Below, piece by piece: positions 1 to 6,869 of a stretch of DNA of 7,096 bases. The DNA is from PVC group bacterium (lineage in GTDB: Bacteria; GCA-001730085; JADFSZ01): contig JADFSZ010000090.1 in NCBI GenBank assembly GCA_022560555.1, positions 1 through 7,096 on the forward strand, written 5' to 3'. The notes under the pieces were generated by a model, which saw only the letters and a list, made by a program, of their open reading frames with translations, was not told the DNA's origin and ran no database searches. Each line of letters opens with the position of its first letter. The first letter of the stretch is position 1. The position numbers and the translations under genes were made by a program.

Positions 1-1
1 C

Positions 2-598
2 CTTCAAAAAAGCACCGGTCTTTCAGGAACATTGAGTATCATTGATGTTCTGGAGCACCGGGATTTGTTTGGATTAGACAAGGGGCCGACGTCTTCGAAG
101 GCTGTGGACAAACTCGTGTATGCGGCCCTAAAGAAAGCGCTTCGTTGTTATAACATGATGAGAGCCAAAGAAGGCCGGCATATTTTAACGGAGCTCAATC
201 GTTTTTTAGTTCAGATCAAGAAAGAATTGCGTGCAACCGAAAAACAAAAAAAGCGGGTTTCTTTGATTCTTAAGAAAAAAGTTGAGGATAAAATAAAAAG
301 ATTATTCAAAGATCTCCCCGTTTCTCAAGATAGGATCTATGCAGAAACAGCTCTCTTAATTGAGAAACAGGATATTTCTGAGGAGGTCTTACGTCTTGAG
401 AGTCACATCATGCAAATGAAGGGCTTTTTCCGGAGTCGAGAATCTGTGGGACGTTCGATGGATTTTTTGGTTCAGGAGATGTTTCGTGAAATTAATACCA
501 TTGGTTCTAAGGCGAACGATTCAAAGATATCCAAACATGTTGTTTTGATCAAATCTCTATTAGAAAAATCTCGCGAACAAATCCAAAATATCGAATGA
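2..598 (+). CDS. yicC: YicC/YloC-family protein (stress-induced endoribonuclease family). C-terminal ~198 codons only; the 5' end lies outside the window.
   Basis: The frame is open from nt 2 with no stop before the listed TTG at 32, so the CDS very likely begins upstream of the window. The C-terminal block EEVLRLESHI...MDFLVQEMFREINTIGSKANDSKISKHVVLIKSLLEKSREQIQNIE matches the YicC C-terminal (DUF1732) signature as I recall it from E. coli YicC (..LDFLMQELNREANTLGSK...REQVQNIE). Its position directly upstream of gmk-rpoZ-coaBC is the conserved synteny. Confidence 0.88.
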   Translation, partial: LQKSTGLSGTLSIIDVLEHRDLFGLDKGPTSSKAVDKLVYAALKKALRCYNMMRAKEGRHILTELNRFLVQIKKELRATEKQKKRVSLILKKKVEDKIKRLFKDLPVSQDRIYAETALLIEKQDISEEVLRLESHIMQMKGFFRSRESVGRSMDFLVQEMFREINTIGSKANDSKISKHVVLIKSLLEKSREQIQNIE

Positions 599-666
599 TT
601 CCGCATGACAATAGGACGCATCTCATATTCTAGGCGGATTCTCAAAAAAAGGAGTATGTATAAATC

Positions 667-1311
667 GTGGCGAAAAGAAAAAAAGTGACGAAGAAGAAAA
701 AGCATAGTGTTTTGTTTATCTTGTCATCCCCGTCAGGGGGCGGTAAAACGACTGTGAGAAAGGTCTTGGTCAAAAAAGACCGAAAGCTTGTCTATATTGT
801 TTCTCACACAAGTCGACCCAAACGTCCGAAGGAGCAAAATAGGCGTGACTATGTGTTTATTAAAAAAAATGTGTTCCAAAGAGCGATCCGCAACGAGGCG
901 TTTCTCGAGTGGGCTTTGGTGCATGGGCACTACTACGGCACACCCAAAAGGGAGCTTGTGCGTCGATTAGCTCGCGGGCAAGACTGCCTGTTAGATATTG
1001 ATACTAAAGGATTTATGAAAATAAAAAAGTTGCGCTTGCCCTGTGTCTCTATTTTTATTTTGCCTCCGTCACGCTCCGTTCTTGCCCAAAGACTGACAGA
1101 ACGAAAAACTGACACGAAAGACGTCATTAAAAAAAGGTTGAAGAATGCCGAGAAAGAAGTAAAATACTCCTCTTTATACAATTACGTGGTTATCAACCGT
1201 ACCGTGGCTCAAACGGTGCGGACTATTGAACAAATTATTTTTACTGAGAGATTAAAATACAAAAAGAAGGATTTGATTTATGGATACGTTTCCTCTAGAA
1301 AAATTTCTTGA
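667..1311 (+). CDS. gmk: Guanylate kinase
   Basis: P-loop SSPSGGGKTT (around nt 727-753). TSRPKRPKEQNRRDYVFI matches the Gmk TTRxPRxGExxGxDYxF block, and EWALVHGHYYGTP matches E(Y/W)AxVxGNxYGT. GTG start at 667 with AGGAG at 650-654 (12-nt spacing). No in-frame ATG lies before the P-loop; an alternative GTG is at 685. Sits in gmk-rpoZ synteny. Confidence 0.93.
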   Translation: MAKRKKVTKKKKHSVLFILSSPSGGGKTTVRKVLVKKDRKLVYIVSHTSRPKRPKEQNRRDYVFIKKNVFQRAIRNEAFLEWALVHGHYYGTPKRELVRRLARGQDCLLDIDTKGFMKIKKLRLPCVSIFILPPSRSVLAQRLTERKTDTKDVIKKRLKNAEKEVKYSSLYNYVVINRTVAQTVRTIEQIIFTERLKYKKKDLIYGYVSSRKIS

Positions 1312-1474
1312 TAAAGGTAATGGTGTGTACACTCTTTGCCTCTTGGCATCTAGAAGAGCTATCATGCTCAATCGTGGGGCTCCATCCCTTATTCAAGAGA
1401 CAGGTAAAGTTACAACATTAGCGCTTGAAGAAATCATTCAGGGTAAAATTCGCCTTCGAAAGAGCGCCGATTGA
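1280..1474 (+). CDS. rpoZ: DNA-directed RNA polymerase subunit omega
   Basis: 64 aa. GNGVYTLCLLASRRAIML matches the RpoZ core (NRYxLVxxAAxRARQL), and TTLALEEIIQGKI matches the (A/V)LxEIxxGKI C-terminal motif. AAGGA at 1266-1270 lies 9 nt upstream of ATG 1280. Located immediately after gmk, as in most bacteria. Overlaps the gmk 3' end by 32 nt. Confidence 0.85.
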   Translation: MDTFPLEKFLDKGNGVYTLCLLASRRAIMLNRGAPSLIQETGKVTTLALEEIIQGKIRLRKSAD

Positions 1475-2019
1475 CCCCTCCGTTTAAAGACAAAAACATT
1501 GTCTTGGGAGTTACCGGAAGTATAGCCGCTTATAAAGCGTGTGATCTTGCGAGAGAATTCATGCGTAAAGGAGCTTCCGTAACCGTTGTCATGACCCCCG
1601 AGGCCAAGCACTTTGTCACGCCGATAACCTTTCAGGCCCTCACTCATAATCCTGTGCATCATGACCCTTCCTTTTCGCATACTCCTTCTGGAATGGACCA
1701 CATTGAGCTCGCGAAAAAGGCGGATTTGTTTTTGATCGCCCCGGCTACAGCGCATACGATTGCGAAACTCGCACATGGCTTGGCCGATGATTTAATCTCA
1801 ATATTAGCTTTGACGATGCGTTCTGCCGTAGCGGTTGTTCCGGCTATGAATACCAACATGTATCATCATGCGGCTGTTCAGGCTAATATGAAGAAAATTC
1901 AAGATTTAGGGTACAAACTGATTCACCCGGATCAGGGTGAGTTAGCATGTGGAGATATTGGAGAAGGACACATTGCGGATCTTGACATCATTATAAAATC
2001 AGCCGAATCTTTAATCTAA
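1471..2019 (+). CDS. coaC: Phosphopantothenoylcysteine decarboxylase (flavoprotein, CoaC domain as a stand-alone protein)
   Basis: NIVLGVTGSIAAYKACDLAREFMRKGASVTVVMTPEAKHFVTPITFQALT is the classic Dfp/CoaC flavoprotein N-terminus (GxTGSIAAYK...T..A..F.....). PAMNTNMY (PxMNxxM) and ACGDIGEG (substrate clamp) are present. The TTG start at 1471 overlaps the rpoZ stop (TTGA). Ends at TAA 2017-2019. Confidence 0.9.
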   Translation: MTPPFKDKNIVLGVTGSIAAYKACDLAREFMRKGASVTVVMTPEAKHFVTPITFQALTHNPVHHDPSFSHTPSGMDHIELAKKADLFLIAPATAHTIAKLAHGLADDLISILALTMRSAVAVVPAMNTNMYHHAAVQANMKKIQDLGYKLIHPDQGELACGDIGEGHIADLDIIIKSAESLI

Positions 2020-2044
2020 ACACATACCTATAGTCATAAACTGC

Positions 2045-2692
2045 ATGTTGCGGATTCTTATCACAGCCGGTGCCACAAGGGAGCCGCTTGATCCTGTTCG
2101 TTATATCAGCAATCGCTCGAGCGGAAAAATGGGGTATGCTCTCGTACGAGCGGCAAAAAAAAGGGGTCTTTTCGTCACTCTCATTACGGGGCCCGCGGAT
2201 ATCCTTCCTCCCAAAACTAATAAAATAATCCATATTGAAACGGCGCTTGAGATGAAAAGAGCTGTGATGAAACATATTTGCCAAAACGATATTTTTATTA
2301 TGTGCGCGGCCGTCGCGGATTATCGCGCGGCTACGTATTCCAGAAAAAAAATAAAGCACCACAATAAAGAATGGGTATTGAGATTGATTCGCAATCCGGA
2401 TATTTTAAAAAGCACGTTTTCCTATGCACCGCATATCTATCGTGTCGGATTTGCGTTGGAGACCCATGCTCCTTATGAAAACGCCAAACAAAAATTAAAA
2501 AGTAAAAAATTGGACATGATCGTCCTGAATTGTATCAGCAAGAAAAACAAGGTTTTGGGCCTCGATGTGAGCCAAGCCAGTTTTTTAATGGCCAATGGGG
2601 CGAAAGAAGAGTTGCCCATGATGACTAAAAATAAATTGGCTCAAATTCTCATCGATAGAATCCTTAAAAATCGGGATCAGGACGACTTTTAA
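2045..2692 (+). CDS. coaB: Phosphopantothenate--cysteine ligase (CoaB domain as a stand-alone protein)
   Basis: ILITAGATREPLDPVRYISNRSSGKMGYALV closely matches the CoaB signature (ITAGPTxExIDPVRxIxNxSSGKMG). AAVADYR is also conserved. It is in a different frame from coaC, separated by 25 nt, and the coaB frame has an in-frame stop at 2012-2014. Confidence 0.9.
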   Translation: MLRILITAGATREPLDPVRYISNRSSGKMGYALVRAAKKRGLFVTLITGPADILPPKTNKIIHIETALEMKRAVMKHICQNDIFIMCAAVADYRAATYSRKKIKHHNKEWVLRLIRNPDILKSTFSYAPHIYRVGFALETHAPYENAKQKLKSKKLDMIVLNCISKKNKVLGLDVSQASFLMANGAKEELPMMTKNKLAQILIDRILKNRDQDDF

Positions 2693-2696
2693 AGAT

Positions 2697-4034
2697 ATGA
2701 AAAAAAGATTTATCAATATTTACAAAGAAGACAAGGTTTCGGAGATTCAACGGATTATCCGAAATGAAAAATATATTTTACTACCGGTTAAAGTGATCAT
2801 TTGTATTGTTGCCGGTTTGTTTCTGTACTTTTTTGAAAAAGAGCATGGGGCTGAAATCATATATCGGTATCAGCTGGGCCTCTATGCCGTGGGCAATCTC
2901 ATGTTTGTGTACTTGCTTTTGCAGATCGGGCAAGTTAAGTTGAATATGACCGTTGTGCGTATTTCCGCCTATTGTCTCTCCCTCATTGACAACCTTTTTC
3001 TATGCTATATTGTTTATTTGACAGGGGGGATTGATAGTCCCATGTATTGGTTTTATTGTGCGATCATGATTCGAAACGCCGCGAATTTTCCCGCATTTTG
3101 GGAACAAATGGTTCTCAATTTGACATTTGTGTCCTTTTATATTGGTGTGATATTTTTATCTATGGGACACTTTGAATTTTTGAATTCGGAATTATTTTTG
3201 ACACGGATCATCATGCTTGTCCTCGTCAGTTTTTGCGGGTGGGGTGTGATAAACCTCTTAAGAAAAATGCGGCAAGAGCAAATGGAGTATGATGAAGTGG
3301 CTATGAGGGAAGAAAAGTTTTTTTCGCAGGAAAAGCTCGCGACAGAATTGGCACACGAACTCAAAAATCCCTTAGGCATTATTAACAACGCCGTTTTTGT
3401 TTTAACAAAAAAATTGAGTGATATGAAAAGCGAGCCTCTTATTCTAAGGCAGCTTGAAATTGTTAAAAAAGAGATCGGGAGATCCGACAAGATTATCACG
3501 GATCTTCTTGGTTATGCCCGTATGCGGGACGGTAAAATCGATGAAGTGGATGTGGGAGAAATCCTGGACAACGCTTTGGTCATGGTTCTGGAATTACAGC
3601 CGGATCACGGCTCTGATATTGATATCAAGAAAATCTATGCCAAAAATATGCCGGGGCTTTGGATAGATCCCGGACAGCTCCAGCAAGTGTTTGTCAATCT
3701 GCTGACGAACGCCGTAGAATCCCTTGAGGATATATGTAGAGTTATTCAATTGGAGACGCAGTATGATCGAGATAGAAAAGAAATCGTTATTGTTATCGGA
3801 GATAGAGGCAAAGGAATCGAAAAAGATTGTCAGCTTAAAATGTTTGATTCCTTCTTTACAACGAAAAAAAACGGGACGGGACTAGGGCTTTCTATTGCCA
3901 AGAGTATCGTAGAAACTTATAATGGATTTATCAGTATAGACAGCGAAAGGGGCATGGGGACCACTCTCCATATCCGCTTTCCGGTTATGATTTCAAGAGC
4001 GGTCCAAAAGATGAGAGCCTATCATGAAATCTAA
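2697..4034 (+). CDS. Membrane sensor histidine kinase: six predicted TM helices, then HisKA and HATPase_c. PilS/NtrB-like partner of the downstream sigma-54 activator.
   Basis: About six hydrophobic segments lie in aa ~26-188 with only very short loops. A coiled-coil linker follows. H-box ELAHELKNPLG (His220 codon at 3354-3356), N-box QVFVNLLTNAVES, G1 DRGKGI, F-box FDSFFTTK, G2 GTGLGLSIAKSIV. The ATG at 2697 is 4 nt after the coaB stop. The 3' end overlaps the response-regulator start by 11 nt. Confidence 0.9.
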   Translation: MKKRFINIYKEDKVSEIQRIIRNEKYILLPVKVIICIVAGLFLYFFEKEHGAEIIYRYQLGLYAVGNLMFVYLLLQIGQVKLNMTVVRISAYCLSLIDNLFLCYIVYLTGGIDSPMYWFYCAIMIRNAANFPAFWEQMVLNLTFVSFYIGVIFLSMGHFEFLNSELFLTRIIMLVLVSFCGWGVINLLRKMRQEQMEYDEVAMREEKFFSQEKLATELAHELKNPLGIINNAVFVLTKKLSDMKSEPLILRQLEIVKKEIGRSDKIITDLLGYARMRDGKIDEVDVGEILDNALVMVLELQPDHGSDIDIKKIYAKNMPGLWIDPGQLQQVFVNLLTNAVESLEDICRVIQLETQYDRDRKEIVIVIGDRGKGIEKDCQLKMFDSFFTTKKNGTGLGLSIAKSIVETYNGFISIDSERGMGTTLHIRFPVMISRAVQKMRAYHEI

Positions 4035-5376
4035 GATTTTAGTCGTTGATGACGAAAAAAATATGTGTGAAACAATAGAAGCCATCTTGTGTCAGCAAGA
4101 GGAATATGACGTTGCTGTCTGTCATGACGCGAAAACCGGCCTCCGGATGGTCCAAAGCGACGCTATTGACACCGTTATTACGGATGTCCGCATGCCGGGG
4201 ATGGACGGAATAACTTTTTTGTCGGAAATGAAAAAAAATCATCCCTCTATTCCCGTCATTATGATCACAGCGTACGGAAACATGAAATCAGCCGTTGATG
4301 CCCTGAAGCGGGGGGCCTTTGATTATTTGGCGAAACCTTTTGATCCGGATGAACTACTTCTAAGCGTTAAAAAAGCTTTAGAATACGAGAATCTGATTTT
4401 GGAAAACAGATCCCTCCGCTCGGAATTAAGCAGCCATTTTCGGCTTGTGGATATTGTCGAAGGATCGAAAATCATGCGGGATCTCAAGAATATAATCGCG
4501 AAAGCGGCTCCGACGGATTCGATCGTTCTGATAGAGGGAGAAAGCGGGGTCGGCAAAGAATTGGTTGCTCATAGTCTGCATTATCATAGTCACCGCGCGG
4601 GATTTCCGTTTGTCGCCGTGAACTGCGCCGCTTTTACCGAAACTCTTTTAGAAAGCGAACTGTTTGGTTATGAAAAGGGGGCTTTTACGGGTGCGCAAAA
4701 ACAAAATAAAGGCAAATTCGAGATTGCTGATCGAGGGACGCTGTATCTTGATGAAATCGGAGACATGAGCATCAATTTGCAGGCAAAAATTTTACGTGTA
4801 CTGCAAGACCAGACGTTTTTTCGAGTGGGTGGGACCGATCCTGTTCGGGTGAATGTTCGGATACTTGTCGCGACCAATAAAAATTTAAAGGAAAGAATTA
4901 AAAAAGAAATGTTTCGCGAAGATTTATATTACCGGATTAACGTGATGAATATCAAAGTCCCGCCGTTGCGTGAGCGAAAAGATGATATTGTTCCGCTGGC
5001 TCAACATTTGGTTAAGGGAATGAAGAAAAAATTTCCTGACCGGGAGTGTTTTGAAATATCAGAGAAATATTTAAATCACTTCAAAAACTATCATTGGCCC
5101 GGCAATGTCAGAGAGCTTGAAAATTTGATTGAGCGCGCGTTTATTATGAATGATGAATCTGTGTTTTTGAGCATCCTTGACAACCCCCAAGACGAACTGT
5201 CTTCTCGGGACGAAACGCGTGATTATACCGAAGCCGTGGATGCATTTCGAAAAATGTTTATTTGGAATGCTCTTCAAAAAACACATTGGCGAGTAGGAAA
5301 AGCCGCTGAGGTTCTCGGCATGAGCCGTCACGCGTTAAGGTACCAGATGGAGAGCCTTGGAATAAAGGAAAATTGA
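4024..5376 (+). CDS. Sigma-54-dependent response regulator / bacterial enhancer-binding protein (NtrC family: REC + AAA+ + Fis-type HTH)
   Basis: REC domain: DD at aa 9-10, phospho-acceptor D54 (GAT 4183-4185, VITDVRMPGMDG), T in MITAYG, K in YLAKPF. AAA+ domain: Walker A GESGVGKE, sigma-54 contact loop ESELFGYEKGAFTGA (GAFTGA motif), Walker B GTLYLDEIG, FREDLYYRINV. C-terminal HTH: GKAAEVLGMSRHALRYQMESLGI. Confidence 0.94.
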   Translation: MKSKILVVDDEKNMCETIEAILCQQEEYDVAVCHDAKTGLRMVQSDAIDTVITDVRMPGMDGITFLSEMKKNHPSIPVIMITAYGNMKSAVDALKRGAFDYLAKPFDPDELLLSVKKALEYENLILENRSLRSELSSHFRLVDIVEGSKIMRDLKNIIAKAAPTDSIVLIEGESGVGKELVAHSLHYHSHRAGFPFVAVNCAAFTETLLESELFGYEKGAFTGAQKQNKGKFEIADRGTLYLDEIGDMSINLQAKILRVLQDQTFFRVGGTDPVRVNVRILVATNKNLKERIKKEMFREDLYYRINVMNIKVPPLRERKDDIVPLAQHLVKGMKKKFPDRECFEISEKYLNHFKNYHWPGNVRELENLIERAFIMNDESVFLSILDNPQDELSSRDETRDYTEAVDAFRKMFIWNALQKTHWRVGKAAEVLGMSRHALRYQMESLGIKEN

Positions 5377-5400
5377 GATTTTCCCCGCCGCTTCGAAACA

Positions 5401-6729
5401 GTGTCTGATTTAATGACATCCTATCATAAGTATAAACACACTTTTTGGCTCCTAATAATACTTCTTTTGGCCCTTGGTCTCAGATGCTATGGCCTCGGTC
5501 TAAAATCTCTCTGGATTGACGAGGTGGGAAGTCTTTTAACCGTCCGGCAATCCTGGGGCGATATGCTGAGATATATCGTGCAAATCGACGCGCATCCACC
5601 GCTCTACTATGTCTTCCTTTCGATCTGGAGTCGAATTTTTGGAATGAGTGAAATAGCTCTAAGGTCTCTGTCCGTTTTATTAGGATGTTTGGTGATCTTA
5701 GGGTTTTATTGTCTCGGACGCGCGTGGATCCATAAAGATTTTGGCCTGCTTTTGGCTTTTCTTGGGGCCGTATCCAATTATCAAGTTTACTTTTCTCAAG
5801 AGGCGCGGCCCTATATTCTGGTCCTCCTTGTTTTTTGTGTGAGTTACGCATTGTTCATCAGGTGGGCCCGTCGGCCGAACATTTGGGGGCTGTACGGGAT
5901 GATGTGTTTGCATCTTCTCGGAGCGTACACGTTTTTGTATTATTGGGTTCCCATCATCGTTTTGGAGCTATTGGCCTTTGTTATTTTGCTCAAGAAGAAG
6001 CAGATGAAAATCCTGATGCACTTTTTTTACTCTAAAGTCCTTTTGGGACTTTTATATGTGCCATGGATATTTGTTGTTTTAGAAAAAATCCGAAAAATTG
6101 CGGACATTACCGAGAAATCAGACACAATGATGCAATGGGCAATTCCAAACGCCTTGTGTGAATATTTTTTCGGAATATGGAGGCCTGAAGATATCCTTCA
6201 ATATGGCTTTTTGTTAGGCGGGATTTTAACTGTGCTGATCATGCCGTTGTTTATTCGTTCTTGGAGACGAGCGGGGGCCTTGAATTTTTTTGTGCTGATG
6301 GGAATCATTGGCGGCATATTTTTGTTGCCGGGCAAGATCCATGTGTTTGAAAGTAAACATATGATTTTTGCCGCTGTCCCGTTGTTAGCGGGATTTGGTT
6401 TTGTTTGCTATCATATAAAGTCAAAGGCGCTTCGGTATCTGGTTGTTTCCGTCTATGTGATTTTGAATCTATGCTCGTTTTTGGTTTATTACGATCATGA
6501 TTTTCAAAAAGAACGGTGGCGGGAGGTCGCCGGAATATTTTCCAAAGCGGAGGATCTCGCGGATGGGGTTATTATCAACCCCGGATTTGCCGGGTATGCA
6601 CTCGATTACTATTACCAAGGCGGCTTGGAGCGCATGGGCGTGTCAGCGAGTACAACGTCTCAACAATTAAAGGATTTTATTTCAGAAAAAATCGGATGTG
6701 GATCGTGGAATTATCCGGACGTGTTTTGA
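5401..6729 (+). CDS. Polytopic membrane glycosyltransferase, GT-C fold (GT39/GT83-like, PMT_2/ArnT-like family). As written it terminates early relative to its probable C-terminus.
   Basis: Many TM segments. Family hallmarks near the N-terminus: LRCYGLGLKSLWIDEVGS (the DE pair, D40-E41, at 5518-5523, in the first extracytoplasmic loop), HPPLYY (about 5594-5611), SEIALRSLSVLLG and YFSQEARPY. GTG start at 5401; alternative in-frame ATG at 5413. The stop at 6727-6729 follows shortly after an A6 run (see feature 6690-6869). Confidence 0.8.
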   Translation: MSDLMTSYHKYKHTFWLLIILLLALGLRCYGLGLKSLWIDEVGSLLTVRQSWGDMLRYIVQIDAHPPLYYVFLSIWSRIFGMSEIALRSLSVLLGCLVILGFYCLGRAWIHKDFGLLLAFLGAVSNYQVYFSQEARPYILVLLVFCVSYALFIRWARRPNIWGLYGMMCLHLLGAYTFLYYWVPIIVLELLAFVILLKKKQMKILMHFFYSKVLLGLLYVPWIFVVLEKIRKIADITEKSDTMMQWAIPNALCEYFFGIWRPEDILQYGFLLGGILTVLIMPLFIRSWRRAGALNFFVLMGIIGGIFLLPGKIHVFESKHMIFAAVPLLAGFGFVCYHIKSKALRYLVVSVYVILNLCSFLVYYDHDFQKERWREVAGIFSKAEDLADGVIINPGFAGYALDYYYQGGLERMGVSASTTSQQLKDFISEKIGCGSWNYPDVF

Positions 6730-6869
6730 AGCCGCACCGATCTGGGACCGCGTTATTTGAAAAAGCAGATGATTTTCACGTTTTATCGGAATATAATTTG
6801 CCGGCGTACTGTGGGGATATCCGGGTGCGTTATGGGGAAGTAAGGCAAAGAGAGAACTTTATGCGTTAA
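6690..6869 (+). other. Out-of-frame 3' continuation of the glycosyltransferase gene (probable true C-terminal ~60 codons)
   Basis: The frame starting at 6690 reads NRMWIVELSGRVLKPHRSGTALFEKADDFHVLSEYNLPAYCGDIRVRYGEVRQRENFMR*. As I recall, members of this family commonly end with this kind of tail (..vWlv.. then a short beta-rich segment ending in a ..v.ly-like motif). Adding one A to the A6 run at 6686-6691 gives ...LKDFISEKNRMWIVELSG.... The stop of this frame (6867-6869) lies inside the 6861-6879 hairpin. Confidence 0.5.

Noticed and set aside
605-631. Possible sigma-70 promoter upstream of gmk (ATGACA ... TATTCT)
   Set aside because: The -35 matches 5/6, but the -10 matches only 4/6 and the spacer is 15 nt. 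This is too weak to call, and gmk may be co-transcribed with yicC.
656-688. 10-codon mini-ORF (MYKSWRKEKK*) starting at ATG 656 just after the AGGAG
   Set aside because: The SD ends 1 nt before this ATG, which is too close. The ORF is out of frame with gmk, overlaps its start, and has no supporting features.
1344-1359. Sigma-54-like TGGCAT...GC motif inside rpoZ
   Set aside because: GG-to-GC spacing is 13 nt rather than 12, and the -12 element is GAGC rather than TTGC. It is also inside a coding region with no downstream gene start to serve.
1438-1776. 112-aa minus-strand ORF antisense to rpoZ/coaC
   Set aside because: It is entirely antisense to a CDS with unmistakable CoaC signatures. Its translation (Arg/Ser/Gly-rich, low complexity) resembles no family I recognise. 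This is the typical shadow ORF of a well-conserved gene.
1991-2362. 123-aa minus-strand ORF antisense to coaB
   Set aside because: It overlaps the most conserved part of CoaB (ITAGATREPLDPVRYISNRSSGKMG). It has no recognisable motifs and no SD. Shadow ORF.
3349-3364. TGGCAC hexamer inside the kinase gene
   Set aside because: It has a perfect -24 hexamer but no GC or TTGC at the required -12 position (sequence there is CTCAA). It simply encodes the H-box (L-A-H).
3137-3499. 120-aa minus-strand ORF antisense to the histidine kinase H-box region
   Set aside because: It lies opposite the conserved HisKA region. The translation is Ser/Ile/Leu-rich with no domain signature. Shadow ORF.
472-5331. 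Remaining short minus-strand ORFs in the track (472-705, 733-930, 933-1181, 1659-1859, 4039-4242, 4323-4556, 4668-4877, 5071-5331)
   Set aside because: All are 65-86 aa. Each is wholly or almost wholly (472-705 runs partly into the 599-666 gap) antisense to a confidently identified + strand gene. None has recognisable motifs or a translation signal.
5480-5913. Two minus-strand ORFs (123 aa and 71 aa) antisense to the glycosyltransferase gene
   Set aside because: They lie opposite the conserved N-terminal GT-C motifs (DE loop, HPPLYY, SQEARPY). Their basic, Pro/Arg-rich composition is typical of the antisense of a membrane-protein gene. No supporting signals.
788-6035. Short + strand out-of-frame ORFs nested in gmk (788-970), the kinase (3454-3666) and the glycosyltransferase (5835-6035)
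   Set aside because: They are alternative frames of genes whose annotated frame carries the family motifs. They show no independent start signals or conservation cues.
6516-6689. 5' part of the 117-aa ORF 6516-6869 as an independent gene
   Set aside because: Over 6516-6689, the frame-1 translation (ERWREVAGIF...LDYYYQGG...) is the one matching the glycosyltransferase family. The alternative-frame translation (AGGRRNIFQSGGSRGWGYYQPRICR...) looks like frame noise. Only the part after the A6 run (6690-6869) is plausibly coding, as the shifted C-terminus.
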